Position numbers and translations under genes: made by a program. A stretch of 64,000 bases of DNA from Yuukianura sp. NJ FZ-2021. Taxonomy: Eukaryota. The stretch lies in assembly GCA_046563655.1 (NCBI GenBank), contig CM102288.1:5704001-5768000 (forward strand). Direction: 5' to 3'. Below, piece by piece: positions 1 through 13,206 of the stretch (position 1 is the first letter of the stretch; the number at the start of each line of letters is the position of its first letter). The notes below the pieces were generated by a model. That model saw nothing but the letters and a program-made list of their open reading frames with translations. It had not been told where the DNA came from and made no database searches.

Positions 1-428
1 TCACCAGCAAAAATATCTGAAAAAATCTGCAACGAAAAAAAATTTCTAAGCCGACTATATTTTTTTTACAGCAATCGAAAAGTCGTTGCAGAAAAATGTC
101 AACGTAGAAAAAAAAAGTAGGTATGCAAAGATAGTTGACGGAAATAAAATTAAGTTGTTGCAATTTTGTATTGCTGAAAAAAAAACGGGCTGAAATTTTA
201 CTCCCTTGAATTTTAAGTCCGTCTCAAAATTATTTTCTTCGACTTTTGTTTAGAGTTGCTGTAATTTTGTATTAACTCAATTTTATTTCCGCCGACTTTT
301 TTCTGTAAGTAATTCTTTGCTTCGTTCACTTTTTTTTTCCCGTAGACTTTTCAGTTGCTGTAAAGAAATGAAGTCGATGTAAAAAAAATTTGTTTCGTTG
401 CAGACTGGTTTAAATATTTCTGCTGGTG
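1..428. mobile_element. Degenerate foldback/MITE-like element inside an intron of the RBR gene (may extend left of the window)
   Basis: 1-~170 (caccagcaaaaatat..tctgcaacgaaa..tacagcaa..gaaaagtc..cggaaataaaatt) is an imperfect reverse complement of ~270-428 (aattttatttccg..gacttttc..ttgctgta..tttcgttgcaga..atatttctgctggtg). Confidence 0.7.
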
Positions 429-541
429 GTCTCCTCCATATTTCAAACTTTTTTTTTGATGAAATATAGGCTTTGTTTACTCAAAAAGTATGTTTTTTTC
501 TGTAGATGATTTCATTCATTTTAAGTATTTCTATGTTATAG

Positions 542-1106
542 GTCCATTGCCCTACGCCAGGTTGTGATGCTTTCATCGAACTAGACTTTTCGGAGCCAAC
601 GCGTGGTCACTGTGACCTTTGTGACCTCACTTTTTGCACTAACTGCAACGATCCATACCATGGCAACGGTCCTTGTGACGAATTTGAAAATGAAACGGAA
701 CGTCAAATAATCCTGACACAGTATGCCCAAGGGTCTTCCGCAACTAAGCAGAAGTTGGAACAGAGATATGGGAAGCAGAAATTAGAAAAAGGACTGGAAT
801 CGAATCTGACAAAGACATTTTTGGCCACAAACTGCAAGAAATGCCCAAATTGCAAAGCAAATATTGAGGTAATAGCAACACAATTTAATGCTAACTTGCA
901 AATTCTTAAAAAATTACGGGAAAAATTAACCAAAGAAATTTGTCGGTTTCCAGAAAAATGGCGGGTGCAATCATATGGAATGCTTCAAATGCAAGATTCA
1001 TTTTTGCTGGAAATGCCTCATGGTGTCAACCCGAGATGGCGTGTATGCTCACTTTCGAAACCCCCTTGCTGCTGGGACTAGTACTGCCTGCACTATGATG
1101 GCTTAA
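542..1106 (+). CDS. RBR-type E3 ubiquitin ligase (RNF14/Ariadne-like), last two exons (IBR + Rcat); 5' part lies outside the window
   Basis: Exons 542-868 and 954-1106 (GT-AG) give [29 protein letters not shown] (IBR) and [32 protein letters not shown] (Rcat with catalytic Cys in GCNHM). Confidence 0.9.
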
Positions 1107-1615
1107 CTACGATATTCCACAGCGATGTTCACTTTTCCAACTAAGATTAATATTTATATATTAATATTATTAATACGTATTAACATATATTAATATCTGC
1201 TGCTCATATGATCAGCAAATGCATGCGAATCAAATCATACACTGATCTAACAACATTTTTTGTTGAAATACGTAAAACATGGACTACGCACGAAGTCCAA
1301 GTTTTTTGAGTAACACTTCAAAATATTTTGTGCTTCAAAATTTCAAATTTTTTGATGAGGATGAACAGCAGTTGGGTTGTAAATAAAATTTCCTAAGGTT
1401 TATTAACCTCGGATCCACTATAGTAGTTGATATTTGTGCTAAGAATTGAACCATTATTTATTACAAAGTGGTCCTTATCCAATGATTTTTCGGATTTTTA
1501 TGATAAAGTTACTGTAACAGCATCACTCTCGTAAAATATGAATTCAAAAAGCGTTCTTCTATTTGAAATGTTATGTTTAAATTATACTTAGAAACAAGAA
1601 ATTAACGGTAGATTT

Positions 1616-4600
1616 TTACACATAGTGGCATTGGGCTCTTAGAGGTGTGAAAATTTCGGTCTTCCTGCAAACCAGTTTGTGTTGTGCCCAGTGATCCAAA
1701 ATCATGTCAGCTCCTTTCTCTCCAATCATAATCGCTGGAGCATTTGTATTTCCGTTGACAATCACCGGCATGATGGAAGCATCTATCACTCGGAGTCCTT
1801 TCACCCCCAGCACTCTGAATTTTTCGAAATTTCCAAGTTCCAAATATTAAAAATCACAGATTTTCAGAGAAATCACATTTTTTAAAAATATTTGAAAAAT
1901 GGCCAAAGTTTACCTCAATTTCGAATCAACGACAGTCGACTTGTCACTTTCCTTCCCCATGGCACATGTACCTACTGGATGCCTATGGAAAACCAAAAAT
2001 CAGGAATTTTTTGTTGCATTTTTTTTTTTTTGCAAATTTGCCAATTTTGAAGTTCGTACCAGACTGTTCCAAGAATATGCCGGATGTAGCATTCCCAGTA
2101 AGCATCACTTTTGAATTCATGAGATTTGCAGTCTGACAATGCAGACAGCTCTGACAGTGTGGCTCCAACTTCCTGGAATGCTTTGGTCTCGATCATCCGC
2201 AAACTAAACTTGATCGCTGAAAATTTCGCAGGATCAATTGAAACTTTTCAAATAAAGATTCACAATTTTATGTTTTTTGCTTGCCTGCCAACATTGCCTT
2301 CAGATCCCTCGAATCTTTCAAGAAATTGGGGTCTAGAATCAGACAAAAAAAATTTTTTTTACTACAGATTAGTTTTATTATATTTTTGGAAAATATTTTT
2401 GAAAAAAAATTCATTATTCACCTATCATTGGTTCTGAAAATGGATTTTTGTCTTTGAGCGTCACTTGACCTCTTGACCTCGGTCGAACCAAAATCGGACA
2501 GAGAATGAATCCATCTTGTCCGTCATGCGCATCCAGCAAGTCGCCAGCGACATGTGGCTTAAAAAACAAGGCCCTTATGAGTCCTTCTTTGAAAGCTGCT
2601 GAAGGACCCGCTGGAAAAAACAAAATTTGAATATTCGGCCATTTCCCGCCAAATTCATTCCGCGCCTGCGCAGTACTAATGAATCCTTGTCCAGACATTG
2701 CTGACGGTGAAGTGAGAATTCCTGTACAAAAACAAAAAATTACTCACAACTCGAACTCAAAATGTAAACCAGAAAATTTCGAAATTGAAATCGAATTAAG
2801 TTTTGATTTTAAAATTTAGTTTGACCTTTTCCATTTGCCAAGTACTCATAAAATCCACTCAGTCCAAGGTCACGTTCAAAAACAACGCTGACAGACCGAT
2901 TGACAGTTATTGGAAAAACGTAAATCGTTGCATGATCTTGCAAATTCTTTCCCACAGGGAGATCCACTTTTGCTTTGATCTGAATAAAATGATAGAGGAA
3001 AAAAAGGTGAAATTTCTCAAAATTTGAAAAAGTTTTCAAAAATTTACCCCAATTTTCTTGAGTTCTTCTTTCGGCCCGATTCCCGAGAGCATTAAAAGTT
3101 TTGGCGAATCGTAAGCTCCCGCGCTGACAATAACTTCTTTGGAAGCCATTGCGAGTTTAGTGGATCCATGGTGACTGTAAAACACTCCAACTGCATTTCC
3201 ACTCTTATCCAGTTTGATCTGGAACAACAAAAAAGTGTTGACCTTTGACCTCATCAATATTCAACTTTCATTTTTGAGAAGATTGGTTTCTGACCTTCGT
3301 GGCCTGAGCATACTTGACAATTCGGATGTTTTTGTTGTTGACGAGATGCTGGAGAACGGCAGCATGCGTGGACATGCGTCGTCCATTGTTCTGCGTCACT
3401 TCGATCCCTCCGAATCCAGGAACTTGTGGTCCATTTGCGTCAATGTCATTTGCATAACCCATTTCACCTGCAGCACGCTTGAAAATGTCCAGCATCGGCG
3501 CAAACTCCGATGATTCCACGGTCAGAAAGCCGTAAGGTGACGGTTCGTAGTGTTTTTCTCAAAACAAAACCAAAATTATATAAATTCTCATCAAAATTAT
3601 TAAAACCATTTTTTTAAAAATTACTTACTGTTTGATGCAAACTCTCCGCGATATTGTTTGACCGACTTCTTGAAAAAAGGCAAAACGTTTTCGAATTTCC
3701 AACTTTCGTCGCCAGTTCTATTTGCCCAGTTGTCGTAGTCAAGGGGGTTGCCTCTCACATAGAGCATGTAGTTCAATGTACTCGATCCTCCCTAGGAGAA
3801 TTTTCAAATTCAAATATGTAAAATTGTATTTTAACTCGAATTTTTTTTTAACAAATTTTCAGAAATGGAGCTCAAATGCTTATTGTTGGAGTATACCTAA
3901 TATTAACTACACAAAATTGAAAAGCAAAAGGCCAAATGCAACCAACGCCTACTCATTTTTCCAATATTCAAATTTAAATTTTAGCGAAAAACCTCTCCCC
4001 AAGCAGACAAATTGCATTCACAAGAATTCCGGCAACAGGCGTTCATCTTCATGCTGCAAGTTGTTATGTAAGTAAAAGCCATGAGTTGCTTACCATAACT
4101 TTCCCCCTGTTGGAACTAATTTCCTGAAAAACAAATACGTTTTCCTTATATTATACTCTAAATTTCATATTAAACGTCTACCTTTTTGAAATTTGGGGCT
4201 TTCCTTAGAAATGTAATTTTGAAAAGAATGTTTTTTAAATCTAGTATGATTGTGCTTCATACGTTGTTTTCATATCCGAATCCCACACGCTCCTGTGGAA
4301 CTGTTTTGTACTTCCAGTCGTAAGCCGAGTTTCCTAAAAGTTCCGTAGCAAAAGCCGGAATGCTGTTCAAAAGTATTGGATCTCCACCGGCCTCCAGCAG
4401 CAGTACTTTGTAGGACTGCGCCAATCGAAATGCCACCACCAATCCACTGCTCCCACCACCCACTGCAATAAAAACATAAAAATGTAAGTTTATGTAAACT
4501 GCAATTACATAATTCAAAATTATGTAATTATGTAATCACGTGCTATATAATGTTATGTACATAATTTGCGATCAGTTTTGGCTTACCTACGATGAAGTCG

Positions 4601-4731
4601 TAGATTTCTTTTGTCGGATCGGACTGGACCAAGTGCTGGGCATAGTCTAAGTAGTAGTTGACCGAAGCCAGGAAGTAGATGGCCAGTGGCAACGTTGTCG
4701 TCAACAGCCATACCAGCAACGGTTGTGCCAT
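1616..4731 (-). CDS. GMC oxidoreductase (glucose dehydrogenase-like), copy 1, multi-exon
   Basis: YDFIV|VGGGSSG FAD-binding motif, [58 protein letters not shown] (catalytic His), [16 protein letters not shown] (Asn); hydrophobic N-terminus. Confidence 0.93.
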
Positions 4732-5213
4732 TATTAACCTAAACTAAGCTAATCTTAACAATAACTAACTTTAATTTTAACAAACTTTCAATTAAACACC
4801 GTTTAACCTCACAGTTAAGTTGGAGCGTGCTGCTTATGGAACTGGGTCATTCACATTGCCATTGCAACTCTTACGGCCACTCGATTGTATTTTATGAGAC
4901 TATTTCACTTTTTGATGCTTTTGTTTAGCATTAATCAGACAAACAATAAAAATCCACTCACGACAATTAACCAATCAAATAATAGCGAAAAGCAAAACGT
5001 GGGAAAAGTTCACACGTCAAAGTTAAAGCTTCAAAATCACAGCAACTTTAGTAAAGTTTCAAATTTCGTAGGAAGTCATAAAAATTGGTTATGCTTAAAA
5101 ACTGGTTTTGATAAACTACGTTTGTGCTAAAAACTAATTTTGTGCTAAAAACTAGTTTCTGATTGACTTTTGGTTTGTATAAACTACTTTAGGAAAATAA
5201 AAATTTGTGATGA

Positions 5214-8200
5214 TTAGGCATAATGGCATTGGTCATGTGCGAGTTTAAAAATATCAATTTGGCGGCAAACTAGATTCTGTTGTGCCCAATGGTCCAAAAT
5301 CATGTCAGCTCCCTTCTCACCAATCATAATCGCTGGAGCATTTGTATTTGCATTGACAATCACCGGCATAATGGAAGCATCTATCACTCGGAGTCCCCTC
5401 ACGCCCAATACTCTGTATTTTCAAAAAAAAAAATCAAGATTTTTAAAATTTTGAAACCTTGCATTTTTGAAAGTGAAATTTTCAATATCATTACCTTAGT
5501 TTTGTATCTACCACGGCGGATTTGTCTGTTTTCTTTCCCATGGAACATGTACCGACGGGATGCCTAAATTGAAAACAGAAAACAGTTTTCAAAAATTAGT
5601 TTAAAATTCGAGTTTTTTCAAAAAAGTTTTCGAGAATTGCGGTTCTTTTTACCAAATTGTGCCCAACAAGTGACGAATATGACATTCCCAGTAGGCGTCA
5701 CTTCGAAATTTATGACTCTTGCATACTTCAAGCGGTATGTCGGATAACTTGGAACCAATTTCCTGGAAGGCCTTTGTCTCTTCGATCATGCGCAGTCCGA
5801 ACTTAAACACTTAAAAGATTAAACAAAAACAAGGTTTTAGCCAGTGAAGTTTTGAGTTTCTCCAAAAAAATTTACCCAGTTACATAAAATTTTAGGCCCT
5901 AAGTAACTGGGTGAAAAAAAATTTGTGAAACAAAATCAAATCTGACTTTGTCTCAAAACCTACAATTCTGTATTTTGCTTACTTTCAAGCATGGCTGCCA
6001 TATCCACTGGGTTGCTAAGAAACTGGGGATCTGAAATTTCAAAGTCACAATTTCGAAAAGTGGTTAATTAAAGTTAAAAGTACTAAATTTGGTAAACTAC
6101 ATTGAAGGTTAGGTTCGAAATTTTAAAAAAAGGAAACTTATGTGTACTGTAGTCTCACCAATGAGAGGATCTGAAAACGGATTTTTGTCTTTGAGTGTCA
6201 ATTGTCCAGTGGACTTTGGTCGGACCAAGATGGGACACAGAAGGAATCCATCTTTGCCATCATGCGGGTCCATAACTTGGCTCGCCACTTCCGGTTTTAC
6301 ATGCATAGCTTTCACAATGGATTCTTTGAAAACTTGAGACGGAGCGATAGGAAAAATAAACATTTGAATATTCGGCCACTTCCCGCCAGACTCCTTGACT
6401 GCTTGTGAAGTACTAAAAAATCCTTGGCCGATGACTGCAGTCGGTCCGGTTAAAGGCCCTGATGTATGAAAATCAAAATTCAAAATTTTGAAAACCTTCA
6501 AATTAAAAAAAAAACGGTTGACCTTTGCCGTTTACAAAGTAATCATAGAAACTGTGCAGTCCAATATCACGTTCCAATAGGAAACTGTCTGTGGTATTAA
6601 TTATTACAGGAAAAACAAATACGCCAATGTGATCTTGTAAATTCTTTCCAACTGGCAAATCTACCTTGGATTTAATCTGCAAAAAAAAAAATGTTACGTT
6701 TCAAAAAAAAGTTTCTGAGGAAGAAGAGTAAAAAAGTTCAAAATTCGAAAATCTTTTGAAAAAACTTTACCCCAATTTTCTTGAGTTCTTCTTTCGGCCC
6801 GATTCCGGAGAGCATCAAAAGTTTTGGCGAATCGTAAGCTCCCGCGCTGACAATAACTTCCTTGGAAGCCATTGCGAGTTTAGTGGATCCATGGTGACTG
6901 TAAAACACTCCAACTGCATTTCCATTCTTATCTAGTTTGATCTGGAACAACAACAAAAAAAGTGTTGACCTTTGACCTCATAAATATTCCACTTTCATTT
7001 TTCAGAAGATTGGTTTCCGACCTTTGTAGCCTGAGCATACTTGACAATTCGGATGTTTTTGTTGTTGACGAGATGCTGGAGAATGGCTGCATGCGTGGAC
7101 ATACGTCGTCCATTGTTCTGTGTCACGTCGAATCCCCCGAATCCAGGAACTTGCGGTCCATTTGCGTCAATGTCATTAGCATAACCCATTTCGCCTCCAG
7201 CTCTTTTGAAGATGTCAAGCATCGGAGTCCAATTCATGGATTCAATTGTCAGAAATCCGTAAGGAGAAGATTCGTAATGCTTTTCTACAATGAAAACAAA
7301 ATTGAAAACGAAAAGAAAACTGTAACAACAAAGAAAAACGAAATTCTGCAAGAAAACGTTTTTCTTTCGTTTTCTGAAGAACGAAATGAATTTGAAATGG
7401 AGTGGAGTGATTTTTTCTTACTGTTTGATCTGAACTTCCCGCGGTACTCTTTGATCGATTTTCGAAAAAATGGCAAAACGTTTTCGTATTTCCATCCGTC
7501 GTCACCCGTGACCTCGGCCCAGTTGTCGTAGTCCAGTGGATGACCTCTGAGGTAGAGCATGTAATTGAGAATACTCGTGCCCCCCTATGAACGATTCAAC
7601 AACCAAGTTCTACTGTAGTTACAAAGTGGACAAAACATCAACATACAGAAGAATCTATTTACCAGCACTTTTCCCCTGTTGGATGTGAGCCGCTAAACAA
7701 AGAGAAGACAATCTTTTTTTATGAAGACGAGACACCATCACATGAAAATCTGAGCATACGTCGTTAATTCTTACGTTTTCCTTGACTCCAAATCCAGCAT
7801 GTTTCTGCGGAACTGTTCTGTATCCCCAGTCAAACGCAGGATTCCCGAGAAGGTCAAGGGCCAGTCCAGGAATGTGGTTCAGAAAGAGCGGCTCTCCACC
7901 AGCTTCCAGCAGAAGAACTTTGTGATACTGCGCCAGTCGATGGGCCACAACTGCCCCGCTACTGCCACTTCCAACTGAAACAAAACAAAAACATAACGAA
8001 TCATGAAAAATTGTAACAATAATTGACATTCTAATCGAGTAATATTTTGGTTTACCGACAATGAAGTCATACACCTCCTTGGACGGATCTGACTGAAATA
8101 AATGCTGGACGAAGTCGGTGTAGTAGTTGACTGTTGACAAGAAGTAGATTGTGAAGGGAGTCGTCGTGGCCAGCACCAACAGGAGAAGCGACTTGGCCAT
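5214..8200 (-). CDS. GMC oxidoreductase (glucose dehydrogenase-like), copy 2, tandem paralogue
   Basis: Same motifs and matching exon layout as copy 1 ([50 protein letters not shown]); ATG at 8200 ([11 protein letters not shown]). Confidence 0.93.
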
Positions 8201-10378
8201 TTCGGATTCCAAGTTTTAAGTTATCAACACATGGAATTGAAATTGAGATGTTACTTTAAACACATGGACACCCAATCAGGTTACGGTTTTGATTTTTGCC
8301 TGAAGTCTGAGAAGTGTCCGATTAGATTCTGCTGTCTGTGGTGGTTTGTTAGTAAAGAGAGTAAAGTTGATTCACCGCCAGGCAAGACTTGAATGGGAGT
8401 GGAAGTGGTTTCATAAGTGTTAATAAGTAGTGTATCCACTTTTCCTTCATTTTAGTGTCAGTTTTTTATTGTAGCAACACAGGCAATGTTACGGCAGGAG
8501 ATCACTTCTCTGTGACCTTCAGCATGGTGAACAAAAAATGCTAACAGGGCGCAGCGTAGGCACGCGATGTAAGCATCGAATTACAATCTCTGCATTCTGC
8601 AACATAACAACAGCAATAGAGTACTGTAATAACAAATCCTGGTCATCAGGAAAGTTGGCAGTGTGATACAAGATTGTTGTTTGCTTACCTGTTAACCTCG
8701 AAGGGTCAATAAACCACACATCCAAATCCAATCGACTCAGATTCCATGGAAATCGAAAGTCCAACACCGAAGATTGACGAAATGACGCAATACGTTTTTA
8801 GTAAGACATGTTTTATTAGAAGAGCTCCATCCTACGTGGTTTATATTGACCTTGACCCTTAACATCGCTTTTCTCAGTAGTACGTCCTGACGGAGAAACT
8901 GAAAATACGAAAGTTCGAACATGACTATTAAAATAAAATATTAACATTTGAATTATATTTTTGAGAAAAATTCTTACGCAGTTGACCCTGCTGACGAAGA
9001 CGATGGGTTTACTCCAGCCATTTATTAGCCGTACGAAGGAACCGTACTGTTTGTCACGTAACTCATGTTTTTGAATCAGCTGTCTTTTGTTGTCCTCGTG
9101 GCGGGGGAATTTGCAGGGTTAGCGAGTACGTAGCCCCCATTTTTTTTTTAGAGAAATTTTCATGCAGATTTATGTGAAGAACTAAAGTGGTGGGTAAATT
9201 TGTTAAAATTAGTAGCCGACCACACGGTACAATATTGTTAATATTAGGCTTAATTAGTTGATATTAAGAGAACCGGTGTAGGATGACTTACCATTGAAAG
9301 CGTTGTAGTTGTAGAAGTGCTGATACAAAATTACGACTAATCTTGATTCACCTTACCCTACTCTGACTATTAACGTTGGAGAATAGTTTCGAATTCCGTT
9401 TTACTTAACTACCTATTATTACTATTTATTATTTTAATCATGATTATATATTAATTTTAATAGAATCAATAATTACCCATGGGTATTGTTGTTGATGAAC
9501 CCTGTTCCTGAAAGGGAAATGGGGTGACAACCACCGGCTGATCCATGTGCGAAGATCACGAGAGAGGATGAGTCCACTTGAAAGAGAGAAGAAAGGGAAA
9601 GGCCACGCCCCTTCGCTTTCTCACCCAATTGAAAACCACCCAAAACGTTTTTACACGTTTCGCTCGCTCTTCCGCAAAACAATCTCTGTCCAGCCTTCGC
9701 ACTGATCACACCACACGTCTAAAAGGGAGATCACGCCATTCCGTTAGTACTTTATTCACTGCACAAATTCATAACGGTTCCTATTGTTTGTAAACAGTAC
9801 ACGCACACGTCAGTGACCTTCGACACGTCAGCTCAACCGAATCCTAAACTCAAGAGGACTTCCAGTTCCAATCCAGTGTCGGTGTCATTGTTACTCTCAG
9901 TCACTGTTAACTCTTTCGTGTCTTCGTTTCATGGTAAATCACAACTTGTTACTTTTCAATTCAATTCAAATTTGCAAAGTTACATGTTGAGATGAGAAAG
10001 ACCAATTGTGTTGTTTTAAAAATACAAAACGTTTTGGTTTACTGTAACAGGAAACGGAAGACTGACTCACGTTGTCACGTTGGACGGCATTAATCAAGAT
10101 CTTACATATTAGTTAACTGAATTTGGATTGAATTTGGAAGCATTTCTATTGAAATTGCACTGGAGTGTTGAGAGAAGTCAATGCAGGGGAAACAAGTTTC
10201 AACACGTTTGAGAGGTTCTGATGCACATGAAGGAACAGAAACCAACAACAGTAGCCTCTTGGGATGTATAGAACGGAATCGGGAATTTTTAGAAGGAAAA
10301 CACAAGGAAATCCGGGTCAAAATAGAATCTTTGGGACAAAAAGTAATTCAGATCTCAGGAAAACACGTCACAAAAATA

Positions 10379-12978
10379 ATGCGGGCATTTTTCATGATCT
10401 CCATCCTTATCGTAAGTTTGCTATCAGTTTTTTTTTCGAGTGCATTCAATTTCCTACACAGCGAAAGTGTAAAAATTAAAATCAAATTTATGATTAATCT
10501 ACATTCGTTTCTGTTTCAGTTTCCTCTCATAGCGGTGTCAAGTCACCCGGTTGATTTTACCACCTCAAATGCTCTCATCAATTCCTCTGGAGAACAAAAA
10601 TCTTCGGTAAGAGCATTGCTTACTTACTTCTAAAAATTCCAAAGAAATTAGTGTAATTTAATAATTTAACTTAATTTTATAATTTTTTGTCCTCTTACTT
10701 TTAGTGTTTGCGAGATGATCACTGCGTCGTTGGATTCTTTTGCCACGATCTCACCAAATCCTGTGTTCCTTGCTTGAAGAACGAATGTCTCAAATGGAAG
10801 CGTCGTCCTGGAAGTACTTCCTGTGCCAAATCTCAAGAACACTGTGGAGACTGTCTCCAAGGGTGAGTAACATTTCAGTTACAATTAATCTCAAATTCAC
10901 TAATCGGAATTGGAAAGTGAAGTTAAATTTTGAATGGAGATTAACTCTTGTACATTGTTGCTTGGTTTCTGTTTGATTACAAGCTGCGTCTGGGTGTCAG
11001 GTAACAATATCACCTAAATCAATTGAACCGCTGAAAAATTAAGATAAAAAAGTAAGATTTTTCACTGAAATCTGGAATGAATTTCTTTTCTAAAACTTTT
11101 GGTGTTAAGCTTAGTAAGCGGAGAGAAATGACATTGAAATTGGCGCCGCAAAACGCCATCACTTGGTGGAATGTGGAACTTTGCCATTTTCGTCCATTCA
11201 TTCCCGTTCTTTCTTCGGTTTACCATAAACTCACAATAAGCATCCAGGCGCGTATTCAAAATCTCCGCTCTACTACAGGATAGCGTAATACAGGACGACA
11301 CAAAGTAGTGTAGTCCCTAATAGGGACTACACTACCGTAGAGACTACGATAAGCATCAACCCTCAGTGTAGGGAATACGAGTCGTTCCTAAACTTGGGGG
11401 TTGACGCTTGTTATAATATACCGGCGATTATTAGAAGTTTTACGGTATATTGAATCTGATTTTTTGGTTCTAGGTTCACGGACAACCATGGACACTGCCA
11501 ACCTGTCGCAAGCTCTGCTGGAGGGAGCTCGGAATCTCGTGCTGACCAAGGACAGGGTCCTGGTATACATGAAACATCGGACACAGGTAAAACTACGACA
11601 TATTCGTATTCACCGGCTCACTACATACCACCCACCTCCTACCAATGATAAGGAACCTCGTGCTAAATGAGTTTGCAAAGCATTTCATCACCTTTCTTGG
11701 ACTTTTTCTCCAAAAACTTCTTCACTTTAACTTTAACTTTGGCCGTTATTTTGGAAAGTTGCAGGATTGAATTGGTGGAAGTCAACGGACAGTACTTACC
11801 TCATTGTCGCTGGAGTCGTCGTTTTTTGTCTCCTCGGAACTTCCGCGCCATTTGTTTTCATCTATGCTTTTAAACTGAATAAGCGACATACCCTGATTGG
11901 TTCTAGTGAAGGTAATGGAAAACTGTAATTTTATATTTGAAAACATTCATTTTTTCAGTTTACATTTTCTTTCACTTTTTACAAAATCTTGTTTCTTGAT
12001 TTGTCCATTTTGTTGAAAGTGTCTATGCTCGTATTGTAGGCAAACACAACAGATCTCCTATTGCTCCAGAAGATCTTGCTCAACCTCCGCCATACAACCC
12101 ACGGTATAACAGTCCACTTATGCGTCCTTTACTCAACTTTGACTCTGACCAGAGTCATGACCAAGGTCACAGTATACGCTCCAATGAAACTTCATTTTCG
12201 GAACGTCCGATTCAACACGAAAGTGCTGCTATGGCAATCGCCTTCTCTGCTGGTCAATTTCCGTAAGTCGGGTCACCCACTACAAAAATTTTTTCAAAAA
12301 AAAATATGAACTTACGATTACTTTTTCTTTTATTATAGGACTACTGCTGATGCTGCTGAAGAGGAGACTCCAGCAGAAGTAAATCAAAGTTCTGCTGGAG
12401 ACCGAGTGAGTCCGAATGCTTCTCCGGAGCCACCGAATACTACTCCGGAGCCACCAGACAGTGGGAACCATTCGGAGTAAGATGGCTATATTTTATGATA
12501 TGACAAATGCTTGATTCTAAAACCTACTCTTTCTTTGTTGTAATTAGCAGATTTTGCTAATCTACTAGTTATGCTAATTAATCTATATATGGATTTCAGA
12601 CTGGACACGGAAGAATCTGTAAACGAGAGCACCGATGCTGTTCAACCCGAGCCAGAAGAAGTTCCGGAAGCACCTCCGGCCGAAGGCATTAACCAAAACA
12701 TTCCAGTGCAAATCCACCCACCACCGTTGTTTCAATTGTCGGTTCAAGTCGGTATCAACTTGCAACTCAATAATGGTGATAGAGCAGCCGAAGTTCCTCC
12801 ACCGGTCCAGCACCCTCCTCCTCCAGTCACTCAGCGATTCCGACTGGATCAGTCGTATGTAGATCTGGGAGTTTTTGCTAACTGGAATGGAGATGCTGGT
12901 CCATCGTCTGATTTTGACGAAGAGATTTCTGGTGACATGGAAGAGGATTTGGATGACGACGTCTCATTTTACGACTGA
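10379..12978 (+). CDS. Type I membrane protein: signal peptide, single TNFR-like Cys-rich domain, TM helix, acidic/Pro-rich tail with PPPY and VQVG motifs
   Basis: Phase-compatible GT-AG exons 10379-10411, 10520-10606, 10705-10862, 11474-11586, 11765-11911, 12040-12262, 12339-12476, 12600-12978. Translation: MRAFFMISILIFPLIAVSS (SP); CLRDDHCVVGFFCHDLTKSCVPCLKNECLKWKRRPGSTSCAKSQEHCGDCLQG|FTDNHGHC; TM YLIVAGVVVFCLLGTSAPFVFIYAF then KLNKR. The TNFR assignment is inference. Confidence 0.8.
11305..11335. repeat. Perfect 31-bp palindrome in intron 3 of the receptor gene
   Basis: gtagtgtagtcccta-a-tagggactacactac: 15-bp arms with a 1-nt spacer. Confidence 0.9.
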
Positions 12979-13206
12979 TTTTTTATATTTTGCTCATTAG
13001 GTTCTTACTCATGACAATCTAGGAGATAGTCTGTGGTGATTATTCTTGCAGTTCTTTGTTCTTTTGAATTAAAGTTTATTTAATTGTTGTCACACTGCCT
13101 ACGTTGGTTCATTGTTTTCATTTCAAGGACAATCCAATTTATTGGTTTCGATTCTCAACTTCTCTTACAGTTTAGCAACTTCGGCAGCAGTTGAAGTGAA
13201 GCCAGC

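Noticed and set aside
8519..9021. Possible small minus-strand spliced ORF (MAGVNPSSSSAGSTA|HVRTF.., ~50 aa)
   Set aside because: Splice signals are plausible but the product is short with no recognisable motif; may be UTR or non-coding.
11401..12309. ORF-track frames 11401, 11667 and 12061
   Set aside because: Wrong frames of exons 4-6 of the receptor gene; splice phase selects other frames.
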